Below are positions 10,400-21,362 of a stretch of 64,000 nt of DNA, in pieces. This DNA is from Bacteroidales bacterium. GTDB taxonomy: Bacteria; Bacteroidota; Bacteroidia; Bacteroidales; Muribaculaceae. The notes beneath the pieces are model-generated. The model did no database searches. It worked only from the letters and a program-made list of their open reading frames with translations, and was not told the DNA's origin. A program made the translations under genes and the position numbers. Positions within the stretch are counted from its first letter, which is position 1, and the number at the start of each line of letters is the position of its first letter. The DNA is taken from positions 10,124-74,123 of the forward strand of contig JAQXIE010000034.1 in NCBI GenBank assembly GCA_029007645.1, written 5' to 3'.

Positions 10400-10828
10400 A
10401 TGCTTAAGGAAATTATTTCGATAACCGGCAAGCCGGGCCTCTACAAGATGCTGAGTCAGGGCCGCGGTACTCTGATAGTGGAAAATATCGAGGACAAGCA
10501 CCGTTTCCCCGTACATGCCCGCGACAAGGTCATTTCGCTTGGTGATATCTCTATGTACACCGAACATGGCGATACTCCCCTCGGCGAGATTCTGGACATT
10601 GTCTACAAGACGCAGGACGGTAAGCCCGTCGATTATGCATCGATGGACGGAAAAGCGCTCCATGAAGCATTTGCCGGCATGGTGCAGGACTATGACCGCG
10701 AGCGGGTCCGCGACCGCGACATTAAGAAACTGTTCCAGTGGTACAATATGCTGTTAGGTGCCGGTTACACCCGCTTCACCGAGCAGCCTGAGAGCGAAGA
10801 GAAAGCCGAAGAAAAGAGCGCGGAGTAA
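10400..10828 (+). CDS. DUF5606-family protein
   Basis: 142 aa with an acidic tail. Conserved position after coaE. Family call is by recall only. Confidence 0.6.
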   Translation: MLKEIISITGKPGLYKMLSQGRGTLIVENIEDKHRFPVHARDKVISLGDISMYTEHGDTPLGEILDIVYKTQDGKPVDYASMDGKALHEAFAGMVQDYDRERVRDRDIKKLFQWYNMLLGAGYTRFTEQPESEEKAEEKSAE

Positions 10829-10864
10829 TCCCGCATCTGCACGGCAGTGAACGATGCTTTAAAA

Positions 10865-10890
10865 GCGTAGCCCCATGGGTTGCGCTTTTT
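10865..10890 (+). terminator. Rho-independent terminator after the nusB-to-DUF5606 gene string
   Basis: Stem GCGTAGCCC / GGGTTGCGC (two G-U pairs), 3-nt loop, then TTTTT. Confidence 0.7.
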
Positions 10891-10982
10891 AATATTTGTT
10901 GACAACCAGTTTAATCTACCGAGTGTTTTATCTTTGGCAAAAGAACGTGCTGATGCGTTAGTTATGGCACGATATTTGCAAC

Positions 10983-10990
10983 TATATTTG
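10983..10990 (+). promoter_or_regulatory. -7 promoter box (TATATTTG) for htpG
   Basis: Exact TAnnTTTG 21 nt upstream of the ATG. Further boxes lie at 10929-10936 (TATCTTTG) and a near-box at about 10969. Confidence 0.5.
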
Positions 10991-11010
10991 AAAACGCAAA
11001 CTTAATAGAT

Positions 11011-13059
11011 ATGCCAACAGGAAAAATTGGAGTTACCACGGAAAATATATTTCCGGTAATCAAGAAGTTTCTTTACAGTGACCATGAGATATTTCTTCGC
11101 GAGCTGGTATCGAACGCCATCGATGCTACGCAGAAACTGAAAACACTGGCGTCGTTCGGGGAGTTTAAGGGTGAACTCGGCACGATGGACGTTCGTGTCA
11201 AAGTTGACAAAGCTGCCGGTACATTGACCGTGAGCGACCGCGGTATCGGTATGGACGCTGATGACATCGACAGATACATCAACCAGATCGCATTCTCCGG
11301 AGCTGAGGAATTCCTGGAGAAATATAAGGATTCTGCCAATTCTATCATCGGACACTTCGGTCTCGGTTTCTACTCGGCATTCATGGTGTCGAGCAAGGTC
11401 GTGATTCGTTCGCTGAGTTACAAAGAGGGCGCTAAAGCCGTGGAATGGACTTGCGACGGAAGCCCGGAATATACTCTGACTGAAACTGACAAGTCCGAGC
11501 GTGGTACGGATATTATCCTCTACATAGACGATGACAGCAAGGAATTCCTGGAGCAGCAGCGCATCGACACATTGTTGAAGAAATACTGCCGATTCCTGCC
11601 TGTGCCCGTAATCAGCGGCAAAGTCAAAGAATGGAAGGACGGTGCCTATGTTGATACCGACAAGGACCTTGTAGTCAACAGCACCGAGCCTTTATGGACC
11701 CGCAAGCCCTCGGATCTCACCGATGAGGATTACCTGAAATTCTACCACGAGTTGCGTCCCGGCGAGGAGGATCCCATGTTCTGGATTCATCTCAATGTGG
11801 ACTATCCTTTCAATCTGACCGGTATCCTTTACTTCCCGAAGATAAAGAACAACATCGATATCCAGAAGAACCGGATACAGTTGTACTGCAACCAGGTCTA
11901 CGTCACAGACCAGGTTGAAGGCGTCGTACCTGAATTCATGATGCTGATGCAGGGTGTCATCGACTCACCCGACATACCGCTGAACGTAAGCCGAAGCTAT
12001 CTGCAGGCCGACTCCCAGGTGAAGAAAATCTCTGGTTACATCTCGAAGAAAGTGGCCGAGAAACTCGACAAGATGTTCAAGGACGACCGTACTGAATTCG
12101 AGAAGAAATGGAACGACATCGAGGTGTTTATCAAATACGGCATGCTCACCGACGAGAAATTCTACGAGGCAGCCCGTAAGTTCTTTCTGCTCAAGGACGT
12201 AAACGACAATTACTACACACTTGACGAATACCACAAACTTGTGGAGTCCGATCAGACCGACCGTGAGAAGACGGTGATCTATCTCTATGCTACCGACAAG
12301 ACAGCTCAGTATTCCTATATCCAGGGCTCTGAAGAAAAAGGCTACAGCGTGCTGCTGATGGACGGCCAGCTTGACCAGCATATCATACAGATGCTCGAGG
12401 CCAAACTCGAGAAGGTGCATTTCATCCGCGTGGACGCAGATACGCCCGACAGGCTGATACGCAAGGCCGACGATAATTCAACCGACCTGACCGGTATTCA
12501 GGCAGATATCCTGACCGGAATGTTCCGCACTCAGTTGCCCGAAGTGGAAAACACCAATTTCATTGTTGAATACACCGCACTGAGCGATAAGGATGCGCCG
12601 GCCACAGTGACGCAGAACGAAATGATGCGCCGTATGAAGGAAATGGCCGCCATGCAGCCGGGCATGAATTTCTACGGAAATATGCCCGACATGTACTCGC
12701 TCGTGATCAATACCGAACAACCTGCCGTACGCAAGGTCCTTGCTAACGCCGAGAACGCAATCGGCAGCGAGATTACTCCGCTGAATATGCAAATCGGTGA
12801 AAAAAACAACGAGATCTCGACTCTCCGTGGTGAGAAAACCGGTAAGGATGACACTGCGCGTAAAGAGCTGGATGTCAAGATCGAGGCTTTGGAAAAGGAA
12901 GTGGGCGATCTGCGTGCCAAGGAGGAGGAAATAATCAAAAATTACGCCTCCACTGTTCCAGTAGTGAAACAGATCATAGACCTCGCCTTGCTCAAAGGCA
13001 ATATGCTGAAAGGGGAGGCCATGGCTGCTTTCCTGCGTCGCTCGGTGGAACTGCTCTAA
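11011..13059 (+). CDS. htpG: Molecular chaperone HtpG (Hsp90)
   Basis: 682 aa with GHKL ATPase motifs (ELVSNAIDA, GQFGVG-like HFGLGFYS). Confidence 0.95.
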   Translation: MPTGKIGVTTENIFPVIKKFLYSDHEIFLRELVSNAIDATQKLKTLASFGEFKGELGTMDVRVKVDKAAGTLTVSDRGIGMDADDIDRYINQIAFSGAEEFLEKYKDSANSIIGHFGLGFYSAFMVSSKVVIRSLSYKEGAKAVEWTCDGSPEYTLTETDKSERGTDIILYIDDDSKEFLEQQRIDTLLKKYCRFLPVPVISGKVKEWKDGAYVDTDKDLVVNSTEPLWTRKPSDLTDEDYLKFYHELRPGEEDPMFWIHLNVDYPFNLTGILYFPKIKNNIDIQKNRIQLYCNQVYVTDQVEGVVPEFMMLMQGVIDSPDIPLNVSRSYLQADSQVKKISGYISKKVAEKLDKMFKDDRTEFEKKWNDIEVFIKYGMLTDEKFYEAARKFFLLKDVNDNYYTLDEYHKLVESDQTDREKTVIYLYATDKTAQYSYIQGSEEKGYSVLLMDGQLDQHIIQMLEAKLEKVHFIRVDADTPDRLIRKADDNSTDLTGIQADILTGMFRTQLPEVENTNFIVEYTALSDKDAPATVTQNEMMRRMKEMAAMQPGMNFYGNMPDMYSLVINTEQPAVRKVLANAENAIGSEITPLNMQIGEKNNEISTLRGEKTGKDDTARKELDVKIEALEKEVGDLRAKEEEIIKNYASTVPVVKQIIDLALLKGNMLKGEAMAAFLRRSVELL

Positions 13060-13080
13060 ATTCCTTAAGTTTATTCAAAC

Positions 13081-13668
13081 ATGAATAATTCAGAGGAATT
13101 CAAGATTCGAAAGGGGAGACCTGAGGATGCTCCGGCAATAAGTCGCGTCATTCGTATGGCTTTGCACGAAGAGGGTTGTATGGCTCTGGCCGGCACCGAA
13201 GACCGTCTTCCGTTGATCGACAAGGTATTTACCACCTTGGCCGGACGCTCGGACTCTCAGTACAGCTATCTCAATACGTTGGTGGCTGAAGATACCGACG
13301 GGAATGTCGCCGGGGCAATAGTCAGCTACGATGGCGCCAAACTGCACCAACTGCGCCGCGCCTTTGTCGAGGTGGCCAACGAGTTGACCGGGAGCAATTT
13401 CATTGAAGAAGAAATGGATCTTGAAACGTCGGACGACGAAATTTATCTGGATTCATTGGCCATATTCCCTGAATACAGAGGCCGCAAGCTGGCTAAGCGT
13501 CTTATAGATGCTGCATGCCTTCTCCATGCTGATACCGGAAAGCCATTCGGGTTACTCTGCGCTCCCGGCAACGATAACGCTTATCGCCTGTATGAGTATT
13601 TGGGCTTCCGTGAAATCGGCCTGCGCCCCTTTGCCGGAATCATGATGCATCATATGATTCGACAATAA
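13081..13668 (+). CDS. GNAT family N-acetyltransferase
   Basis: 195 aa with an acetyl-CoA motif region (YRGRKLAKRLI). Confidence 0.8.
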   Translation: MNNSEEFKIRKGRPEDAPAISRVIRMALHEEGCMALAGTEDRLPLIDKVFTTLAGRSDSQYSYLNTLVAEDTDGNVAGAIVSYDGAKLHQLRRAFVEVANELTGSNFIEEEMDLETSDDEIYLDSLAIFPEYRGRKLAKRLIDAACLLHADTGKPFGLLCAPGNDNAYRLYEYLGFREIGLRPFAGIMMHHMIRQ

Positions 13669-13681
13669 CCGAATGTAACCA

Positions 13682-13720
13682 AAATCGAGTGGTCCTGATC
13701 ATTTCAGAGCCACTCGATTT
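13682..13720. terminator. Bidirectional terminator hairpin between convergent GNAT and leuB
   Basis: AAATCGAGTGG ... CCACTCGATTT, an 11-bp stem flanked by an A-run and a T-run. Confidence 0.75.
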
Positions 13721-13744
13721 GTATTATATTGTAATCTCGGCAGG

Positions 13745-14806
13745 TCAGGCTTTGCGGATATAATCCACAATCCAGGCGCCGACCTCTTTTGTGCCATATT
13801 TTGCGCCGCCCTCTACCTGGATCTCCGGAGTGCGCACATCTGCGTCAAGAGATGCGCTGACTGCCTGACGTATCAGTTTGCCTTCCTCCATAAGATTGAA
13901 ATATTCGAACAGCATGGCAACTGACAGTATTTGTGCCAAAGGGTTGGCGATGTTGAGGCCTTTTGCCTGAGGCCATGAGCCATGCACGGGTTCGAATACA
14001 GGAGTGTGCTCTCCGGTCGATGCCGAGGGGAGAAGTCCCATCGAACCGGTGATACAGCTGCCCTCGTCGGTAAGGATATCTCCGAAGGTATTTTCGGTGA
14101 CCATTACGTCGAAGAACGTAGGCTCGAGAATCATACGCATCGACGCATTGTCGACGAACATATAGTCAGTCTTGATGTCAGGGTGCTTTACTTCCTGTTC
14201 CTTGGCCACCTGCCGCCACAGACGGCTGGATGCCAACACATTGGCCTTGTCTACCACCGTCAGGTGCTTGTTACGGCGCGCAGCGAATTCGTATCCGACT
14301 TCGAGAATGCGTTCAACCTCATGACGGGTATAGGCATTCGTGTCGTAGGCCTTGTCATTGTCCTGGTATTTCTCACCGAAATACATTCCGCCGGTCAGTT
14401 CGCGGATGCAAACGAAATCGGCTCCACGCACTATCTCATCTTTGAGCGGCGATTTGTGAATCAGACAATCGAACGTCTCGATCGGGCGGATGTTGGCGTA
14501 GAGACCCAATTTCATGCGCATGGCCAGCAGACCCTGCTCGGGACGCACCTTGGCAGTGGGATCGTTATCGAAGCGGGGATCGCCAACGGCCGAGAAAAGG
14601 ACAGCATCGGCGTCCATGCATATCTTGAATGTCTCCTCGGGGAAGGGGTCGCCCACTGCATCGATTGCAGCAGCTCCGCACAATGCATATTCATAGGTGG
14701 CCGTATGACCGAACTTTTCGCATACGGCTTTCATCACGTTCACGCCCTGCTCGGATATCTCCGGTCCGATTCCGTCTCCGGGCAATACTGCTATCTTAAG
14801 ATTCAT
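13745..14806 (-). CDS. leuB: 3-isopropylmalate dehydrogenase
   Basis: 353 aa with N-terminal [13 protein letters not shown] and an isocitrate/IPM dehydrogenase signature. Confidence 0.95.
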   Translation of the reverse strand: MNLKIAVLPGDGIGPEISEQGVNVMKAVCEKFGHTATYEYALCGAAAIDAVGDPFPEETFKICMDADAVLFSAVGDPRFDNDPTAKVRPEQGLLAMRMKLGLYANIRPIETFDCLIHKSPLKDEIVRGADFVCIRELTGGMYFGEKYQDNDKAYDTNAYTRHEVERILEVGYEFAARRNKHLTVVDKANVLASSRLWRQVAKEQEVKHPDIKTDYMFVDNASMRMILEPTFFDVMVTENTFGDILTDEGSCITGSMGLLPSASTGEHTPVFEPVHGSWPQAKGLNIANPLAQILSVAMLFEYFNLMEEGKLIRQAVSASLDADVRTPEIQVEGGAKYGTKEVGAWIVDYIRKA

Positions 14807-14830
14807 ATCGATAATTTTTGACGGGCATGA

Positions 14831-16369
14831 TCAATCCCGCTCGTTTTCTATTATATTCAACATTTTTAAGGTGGCCTTGACCGCAGCCTCTGTCTGGTCA
14901 GCATCAAGGCCGCGGGTACGGTAATCGCGGCCGTTCCAACTCCAGGATATCACCGTCTGCACCAGCGCGTCCGTGTGTCCGCCGGGAGGAATGGACACTG
15001 CATAGTTCACAAGCTGAGGGAACTGGCGACCCAATTCTTTGGTATATATGCTGCTCACCGCCCGCATAAAAGCATCGAACTGTCCGTAGCCATGGGCGCT
15101 CGCCTCGTAAACGTTTCCGTTTATCTCAAGCTTGACACCCGCCATAGGCTTTATTTCGTAGGTCGTGGCCACCATGTAGCTCACAAGCTTAACCTTCTCA
15201 TCGGTCTGTGCATTATTCAGCACATCCGATACAATGAAGGGAAGGTCCTCCTGTGTCACGACTTCCTTCTTGTCACCGAGCTCGATAATGCGTCTGGTCA
15301 CGAGTTCGGTCTGCTCGGGCGACAGTTCCATGCCGAGTTCATCCAGGTTACGCAGGATGTTGGCTCGGCCGCTGTTTTTGCCGAGAGCATATTCGCGACG
15401 TCGGCTGAAACGCTCCGGGAGCAGGGCATTGCAATAGAGACGCGCCTTGTTATCGCCATCGGCATGCACGCCCGCAACCTGCGTGAACACATTTTCGCCC
15501 GTCACAGGACTGTTCGGTGGAATGGCAATGCCGGAGTATGTGGCCACAAGACGGCTTACCTCGTTCAGTTGACCCTCCACAATATTTGTTCTTGCGTCAA
15601 ACTGATCCTTCAGAATCACCTGTACACTGGCCAACGGTGCATTGCCGGCTCGCTCGCCGAGTCCGTTCACCGATGTGTGTATGCCCCGACATCCGCCCAA
15701 TACCGCTGCAAGAACATTCGAAATCGCCAGATCGTAATCGTTATGCGCATGGAAATCAAAATGGATGTCAGGGTATAACTTCACCATTTTGCGCATATAC
15801 ATCAGCATGTTCAGCGGATTGAGAACGCCAAGCGTGTCGGGCAGCATAAACCGGCGTATGTTGCAGTCCTTCAGAGCATCGATCATCCCCCTGACGTAAT
15901 CAGGTGAATTCTGTATGCCATTGCTCCAGTCCTCAAGATAGAGATTGACTCCGATACCCATGCTTTCAGCCAAAGCCACCTCGTCGCGGATATCCTGACA
16001 ATGTTGTTCGGGACTCTTCTTCAGCTGATTCACACAGTGATTTTCCGACCCCTTGCACAGCAGATTGACCATGGTGCATCCGCAGTCGGCAATCCATTTG
16101 AGCGAAACGCCTTTGTCGACAAATCCGAGAACCTCGACACGGTCAAGGTAACCGGCTTTATTGGCCCAGGAGCATATCTTGGTCACTGCGAGTTTCTCGC
16201 CGTCCGATACGCGTGCCGAGGCTACTTCTATCCTGTCAACGTTGAGTTCACGGAGCAATGCCTTGGCTATCAAAAGCTTCTCGTGTGGCAAGAAACTGAC
16301 GCCGCTCGTTTGTTCACCATCGCGAAGCGTGGTGTCCATGATCTCTATGCTGCGGTAGAGACTGCTCAT
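14831..16369 (-). CDS. cimA: IPMS/homocitrate-synthase-family paralogue, probably (R)-citramalate synthase
   Basis: 512 aa with an HMGL-like TIM barrel (DTTLRDGEQ) and a LeuA-dimer-type C-terminus. It is the second paralogue inside the leu operon. Symbol is tentative. Confidence 0.7.
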   Translation of the reverse strand: MSSLYRSIEIMDTTLRDGEQTSGVSFLPHEKLLIAKALLRELNVDRIEVASARVSDGEKLAVTKICSWANKAGYLDRVEVLGFVDKGVSLKWIADCGCTMVNLLCKGSENHCVNQLKKSPEQHCQDIRDEVALAESMGIGVNLYLEDWSNGIQNSPDYVRGMIDALKDCNIRRFMLPDTLGVLNPLNMLMYMRKMVKLYPDIHFDFHAHNDYDLAISNVLAAVLGGCRGIHTSVNGLGERAGNAPLASVQVILKDQFDARTNIVEGQLNEVSRLVATYSGIAIPPNSPVTGENVFTQVAGVHADGDNKARLYCNALLPERFSRRREYALGKNSGRANILRNLDELGMELSPEQTELVTRRIIELGDKKEVVTQEDLPFIVSDVLNNAQTDEKVKLVSYMVATTYEIKPMAGVKLEINGNVYEASAHGYGQFDAFMRAVSSIYTKELGRQFPQLVNYAVSIPPGGHTDALVQTVISWSWNGRDYRTRGLDADQTEAAVKATLKMLNIIENERD

Positions 16370-16962
16370 TTATTCCGATTTTCGTATTCCTCGATCTTGC
16401 CGACATTCTCCATCAGGAAGTCGATGTCGTCAAGTGCATTTTCAAGACAATACTTCTTGTAGGCGCTGATATCGAAATGCTCCGTCTCGCCGGTTGCCAT
16501 ATTGGTAACCTGTTGCGCGGGCAAGTCTACGCGCACCTCCGTCGCCGGATCTGCGGCTATGCTGGCGAACAGGTTGGCAAGAAACTGCTCGCTGACAACT
16601 ACCGGCAAAACGAAGTTGTTAAGCTCGTTGTTCTTGTGAATATCGGCAAAGAAGCTGCTGATCACCACACGGAACCCATATCCGGCGATTGCCCAAGCAG
16701 CATGCTCGCGACTTGATCCGCTGCCGAAATTCTTACCTGCAACCAGAATCTCGCCTTTATAGAGAGGATTGTTGAGGACAAAGTCTTTGTTCAACGATCC
16801 ATCGGGATTATAGCGCCAGTCGCGGAAAAGATTTTCACCGAAAAATTTCTCTTCACGGCTCGTAGCCTTGAGAAAACGCGCCGGTATTATCTGGTCGGTG
16901 TCCACATTCTCCAAAGGGAGAGGAACACAAGTGCTCTGAATTACATTGAATTTCTGTTTCAT
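16366..16962 (-). CDS. leuD: 3-isopropylmalate dehydratase small subunit
   Basis: 198 aa aconitase swivel domain (GKNFGSGSSREHA). ATGA overlap with the downstream gene. Confidence 0.93.
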   Translation of the reverse strand: MKQKFNVIQSTCVPLPLENVDTDQIIPARFLKATSREEKFFGENLFRDWRYNPDGSLNKDFVLNNPLYKGEILVAGKNFGSGSSREHAAWAIAGYGFRVVISSFFADIHKNNELNNFVLPVVVSEQFLANLFASIAADPATEVRVDLPAQQVTNMATGETEHFDISAYKKYCLENALDDIDFLMENVGKIEEYENRNK

Positions 16963-16969
16963 CTTTGCA

Positions 16970-18370
16970 TCAGTGAAGTAAGGTTCTCGGATCGGTTATT
17001 ACTCCGGTCACAGCTGCTGCAGCGGCTGTCAGCGGACTTGCCAGGACGGTACGCGCGCCCGGTCCTTGACGACCTTCGAAATTACGGTTGGATGTCGATA
17101 CCGAAAGTTTCTTTGCCGGAATCTTGTCATCGTTCATGGCAAGACAGGCCGAACATCCGGGCTGGCGGATTTCGAATCCGGCGTCTTTCAATACTATGTC
17201 CAGACCCTCGTCCTTAATCTGGTCACTTACCATCCATGAACCCGGGACAAGCCAAGCAGTTACGTTTTCGGCTTTATGACGGCCTCTGACTATCGAAGCG
17301 AACGCCCTGAAGTCTTCAATGCGGCCATTGGTGCATGCTCCAAGGAATACATAGTCGACCGGTGTACCCAGAACCTGCTGGCCCGGTTTGAATCCCATAT
17401 AGTCCAATGATTTCAGATAGGACGCTTTGCCGGCCTCGTCTATTTCGGCAATCTCAGGAATGGAATCGGTCACAGCCATACCCATTCCCGGGTTTGTGCC
17501 GTAGGTTATCATCGGCTGGATGTCAGCGGCGTCGAAGGTAAGTTCCTTGTCAAATACGGCATCGTCATCCGTACGCAAGGTGCGCCAATATTCCAAAGCC
17601 TTGTCCCAGTCATCGCCTGTAGGGGCATATTCACGGCCCTTGACATACTCGAAGGTCTTCTCGTCAGGGGCGATAAAACCGCCGCGGGCACCCATTTCGA
17701 TCGAGAGGTTGCAAACGGTGAGACGTCCTTCCATTGAAAGGTCGCGTATAGCGCTGCCGGCATATTCTATGAAATATCCTGTGGCTCCCGATGTGGAGAG
17801 TTTATACATAAGATATAATGCAATATCCTTGGCAGTGACACCGGGCTGCAGCGTGCCTTCAACATTGATGCGCATGGATTTTGGTTTTTGCTGCAGGATG
17901 CACTGCGATGCCATTACCATCTCGACCTCCGAAGTACCTATACCGAATGCCACTGCACCCATTGCTCCATGCGTGGATGTGTGCGAATCGCCGCACACAA
18001 TGGTCATTCCGGGCAGTGAGAGTCCCCGTTCGGGTCCTACCACATGGATGATGCCGTTCTTCGGATTCATCATGCCGAAATGCGACAGACCGAATTCCTT
18101 GGCGTTAGCGGCAAGTGTGTCAACCTGCGTCTTGCTGACGGGATCTTCGATTGGCTTGTCCTGATCGTGAGTGGGAGTGTTATGATCGGGCATGCAGAAG
18201 ATGCGGTCGGGACGGAGGCATTTCAATCCTCGCGCACGCATTCCTTCGAAAGCCTGTGGCGATGTCACCTCATGACAGTAAAGCCGGTCTATATAAAGCT
18301 GTTCGGGACCTCCGTCAACATACTGTACTACATGACTATCCCAAATCTTGTCGAATAATGTCTTTCCCAT
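16970..18370 (-). CDS. leuC: 3-isopropylmalate dehydratase large subunit
   Basis: 466 aa aconitase family with Fe-S cysteines ([21 protein letters not shown]). Confidence 0.95.
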   Translation of the reverse strand: MGKTLFDKIWDSHVVQYVDGGPEQLYIDRLYCHEVTSPQAFEGMRARGLKCLRPDRIFCMPDHNTPTHDQDKPIEDPVSKTQVDTLAANAKEFGLSHFGMMNPKNGIIHVVGPERGLSLPGMTIVCGDSHTSTHGAMGAVAFGIGTSEVEMVMASQCILQQKPKSMRINVEGTLQPGVTAKDIALYLMYKLSTSGATGYFIEYAGSAIRDLSMEGRLTVCNLSIEMGARGGFIAPDEKTFEYVKGREYAPTGDDWDKALEYWRTLRTDDDAVFDKELTFDAADIQPMITYGTNPGMGMAVTDSIPEIAEIDEAGKASYLKSLDYMGFKPGQQVLGTPVDYVFLGACTNGRIEDFRAFASIVRGRHKAENVTAWLVPGSWMVSDQIKDEGLDIVLKDAGFEIRQPGCSACLAMNDDKIPAKKLSVSTSNRNFEGRQGPGARTVLASPLTAAAAAVTGVITDPRTLLH

Positions 18371-18382
18371 AATCGTTTCTTG

Positions 18383-19879
18383 TCAGTTGACGAATTTATT
18401 GATGGCGTCGATAAATGCCTCGGCACTGGCCGCAACTATATCGGTATTCGCCGAGAATCCGTTGTAGCAGTTGCCGTCATATTCCACCGTCATGTGGACT
18501 TTACCCACATCGTTGCTTCCCTTGTTGATGGCTTGAATCAGGAACTCCTTGAGGAGCATCTTGCGCCTGATTATGACCTTAATGGCGTTGATGGCGGCGT
18601 CAACGGGACCGTTTCCGGTGGCGCAGGCCTCGAACTTTTCGTTCGAAATATTGAGGCCTATGCTTGCCACAGATTTCAATCCGACTCCCGACGTAACCTG
18701 CAGGTAGTCGAGCTTGATCCGATGCGTTGCCTTATGTTCCTGTCCCACAAGCAGCAGTATGTCGTCATCATGAATCTCCTTCTTACGGTCGGCAAGCTTC
18801 AGGAATTCTTCGTATGCCCTGTCGAGCGCTTCGGAACTGAGCTCAATGCCCAACACATGCAGACGATGCTTCAGTGCGGCACGGCCGCTACGGGCAGTCA
18901 GCACAATCGAATTTTCATCGAGTCCCACTTCTGTCGGGTCGATTATCTCGTAACTCTGTCGGTTCTTTAGTACGCCGTCCTGATGGATTCCGGAAGAATG
19001 AGCGAATGCGTTCCGTCCCACTATAGCCTTGTTAGGCTGTACGGGCATGTTCATAAGGCTCGATACCATGCGGCTTATTCCGGTAATCTTGACTGGATTT
19101 ACATTTGTTACGATACCAAGATCCTTGTGCGAGCGGAAAGCCATAACAACCTCTTCCAACGCCGTATTGCCGGCCCGTTCGCCAATTCCATTTATAGTCA
19201 CCTCAGCCTGACGGGCTCCGTTAAGTACGCCTTCCATCGTGTTAGCCGTAGCCATTCCGAGATCGTTATGGCAGTGTGTGGCTATCACCACATTGTCAAT
19301 GCCTTTGACATTCTCCTTCAGATAGCGGATCTTTGCGCCGAATTCGTTCGGCAGACAATATCCTGTCGTGTCCGGAATATTCACTACCGTGGCACCGGCC
19401 TTGATTACAGCCTCGATCACACGCGCCAGATATTCATTATCCGTGCGTCCGGCATCCTCAGCGTAAAACTGCACATCCTCTACAAACTTCTTCGCATAGG
19501 CCACAGCGGCGACCGCTCGTTCGATTATTTCCTCTCGATTGGAGTGAAACTTATATTGAATATGCTGATCGGATGTGCCGATTCCTGTATGTATACGTGG
19601 ATGTTTGGCATATTTCAGAGCATCGGCGGCTACTCGGATATCATTCTCTACCGCGCGGGTCAGCGCGCATATCGTCGGCCAGGTCACTGCCTTGGATATC
19701 TCTACTACAGAATTAAAATCACCGGGACTCGACACCGGGAAACCAGCCTCAATCACATCAACTCCCAGGCCTTCCAACGCCCGGGCCACTTCGATTTTCT
19801 CAACCGTGTTCAACTGACAACCGGGCACCTGCTCTCCATCTCTGAGAGTAGTGTCAAAAATGTAAAGTCTGTCGCTCAT
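18383..19879 (-). CDS. leuA: 2-isopropylmalate synthase
   Basis: 498 aa with [13 protein letters not shown], HxH metal motifs and a C-terminal regulatory domain. Confidence 0.93.
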   Translation of the reverse strand: MSDRLYIFDTTLRDGEQVPGCQLNTVEKIEVARALEGLGVDVIEAGFPVSSPGDFNSVVEISKAVTWPTICALTRAVENDIRVAADALKYAKHPRIHTGIGTSDQHIQYKFHSNREEIIERAVAAVAYAKKFVEDVQFYAEDAGRTDNEYLARVIEAVIKAGATVVNIPDTTGYCLPNEFGAKIRYLKENVKGIDNVVIATHCHNDLGMATANTMEGVLNGARQAEVTINGIGERAGNTALEEVVMAFRSHKDLGIVTNVNPVKITGISRMVSSLMNMPVQPNKAIVGRNAFAHSSGIHQDGVLKNRQSYEIIDPTEVGLDENSIVLTARSGRAALKHRLHVLGIELSSEALDRAYEEFLKLADRKKEIHDDDILLLVGQEHKATHRIKLDYLQVTSGVGLKSVASIGLNISNEKFEACATGNGPVDAAINAIKVIIRRKMLLKEFLIQAINKGSNDVGKVHMTVEYDGNCYNGFSANTDIVAASAEAFIDAINKFVN

Positions 19880-19944
19880 AAAGTATGCACTATGCTCCGG
19901 ATATGTCCGGAAGGGTAATTAATTGCTATTTATGCTTTGTGCCA

Positions 19945-19952
19945 CAAAGTTA
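19945..19952 (-). promoter_or_regulatory. -7 promoter box (TAACTTTG on the minus strand) for the leu operon
   Basis: TAnnTTTG match about 66 nt upstream of the leuA ATG. It overlaps a 15-bp palindrome at 19935-19949. Confidence 0.45.
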
Positions 19953-20084
19953 TTAAATTTCTTTTAAAGAAACTAATTTTCCTCCAATATTATATCATAT
20001 CAGCTTATTTCGTTTCCATTTTTACACATAATTTCCATATTTGTGTCATAAACATACGAATAAACAAACCACTCAAGCGTCTAT

Positions 20085-21362
20085 TCAGCCTCTATTCCGG
20101 CGAAAAAGGACCCATTGTGAAATACCTCGTGTCAACAGATAGCAGACAAAAGCTATCCATAGTCCATGATTACTCATTATAGGGAACAAGATAAGATAAA
20201 TCGCGAAATAGATCGCGCTGGCGATCATTATGGTAATTGCCATCTCCCGGACCATGGTCCGGCCTATGTAAACGCCGTCCCATACGAAACCCGCAAATCC
20301 AGCCAGTGGCACCGTCACGGCCCACCACCAGAAGTCGCGCGACGCTCCGATCACTTCTTTGTCAGAACTCAGCAACGACAGAAATGCTTCGCCTCCAACA
20401 AAATACATTAATGTGAATGATATAGCCAGTCCCCAGCCCCATCTGAACAGTGCGGCGATACATCGCTTCTCCTGATTGATTTTGCCCCCACCGGAATACT
20501 CTCCGACCAACGCCTCACCGGCATAGGCGAAACCATCCATCACATAGCTGAAAAACATAAACAACTGCATCAGCATTGTGTTGACTGCCAATATCACCGC
20601 CCCTTGCTTCGCACCACATCGCGTGAACCATACGGTAGTTAGAATTATGAAGATGGTCCTGAACATGATGAAGCCGTTCACCTTGAAGAATGCTTTCAGT
20701 TCCTCCCAACGGCACACCATGGCCAGTGACTGATGAGGAAGCCGGAATTTGCCAAGAAATGTGACACCGGAGATAAGGCCAATCCATTGAGCGGCAAGAG
20801 TACCGGTAGCTACTCCTCCCACTTTCCAGCCCAATACATAAACTAAAAGTAAACTGATTATGATGTTCGTAATGTTAATGATCAGCGATATCCAAAGATT
20901 TATCTTTGAATCATGCATACCCAGAAACCATCCTGACAATGCAAAGGATGCTAAAGTGGCCGGAGCTCCCCAAATGACGATTGTGAAATATTGACGCGCC
21001 AACGGCTCTGTTGCCGGATCGGGCGATACGATTGCGATCAGAAGTTCCGCAAGAGGATATTGCAGGGCAATCATCGCAAACCCCACACAGCATGCCAACA
21101 TCAAGGAACGATACAGAACCAGGGCCATCTGTTCTCTGTCATCCGCGCCATATGCCCTGGCACAAAGCCCGGATGTTCCCGCACGCAAAAAACCGAACAG
21201 CCAATAGAGCATATTGAACATCACTCCGCCCACAGCTATAGCCGCTATATAGACAGCTCCGCCCATATGGCCTGTGATGGCCGTATCGACCATCCCGAGA
21301 AGTGGAGTAGTGACATTGGCGGCTATCGACGGCAGCGCCAGCTTAAGGATGCGTTTGTTCAT
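20085..21362 (-). CDS. MATE family efflux transporter (MOP superfamily)
   Basis: About 12 TM helices and the N-terminal MATE motif (LALPSIAANVTTPLLGMVDTAITGH). The ATG at 21362 overlaps the upstream stop as ATGA. The track start at 21374 is a TTG. Confidence 0.88.
   Translation of the reverse strand: MNKRILKLALPSIAANVTTPLLGMVDTAITGHMGGAVYIAAIAVGGVMFNMLYWLFGFLRAGTSGLCARAYGADDREQMALVLYRSLMLACCVGFAMIALQYPLAELLIAIVSPDPATEPLARQYFTIVIWGAPATLASFALSGWFLGMHDSKINLWISLIINITNIIISLLLVYVLGWKVGGVATGTLAAQWIGLISGVTFLGKFRLPHQSLAMVCRWEELKAFFKVNGFIMFRTIFIILTTVWFTRCGAKQGAVILAVNTMLMQLFMFFSYVMDGFAYAGEALVGEYSGGGKINQEKRCIAALFRWGWGLAISFTLMYFVGGEAFLSLLSSDKEVIGASRDFWWWAVTVPLAGFAGFVWDGVYIGRTMVREMAITIMIASAIYFAIYLILFPIMSNHGLWIAFVCYLLTRGISQWVLFRRNRG

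Noticed and set aside
19960-20060. Leucine leader peptide / attenuator for the leu operon.
   Set aside because: The only small ORF on the minus strand (MFMTQIWKLCVKMETK) has a single Leu codon and no Leu run. It also lies upstream of the candidate -7 box.
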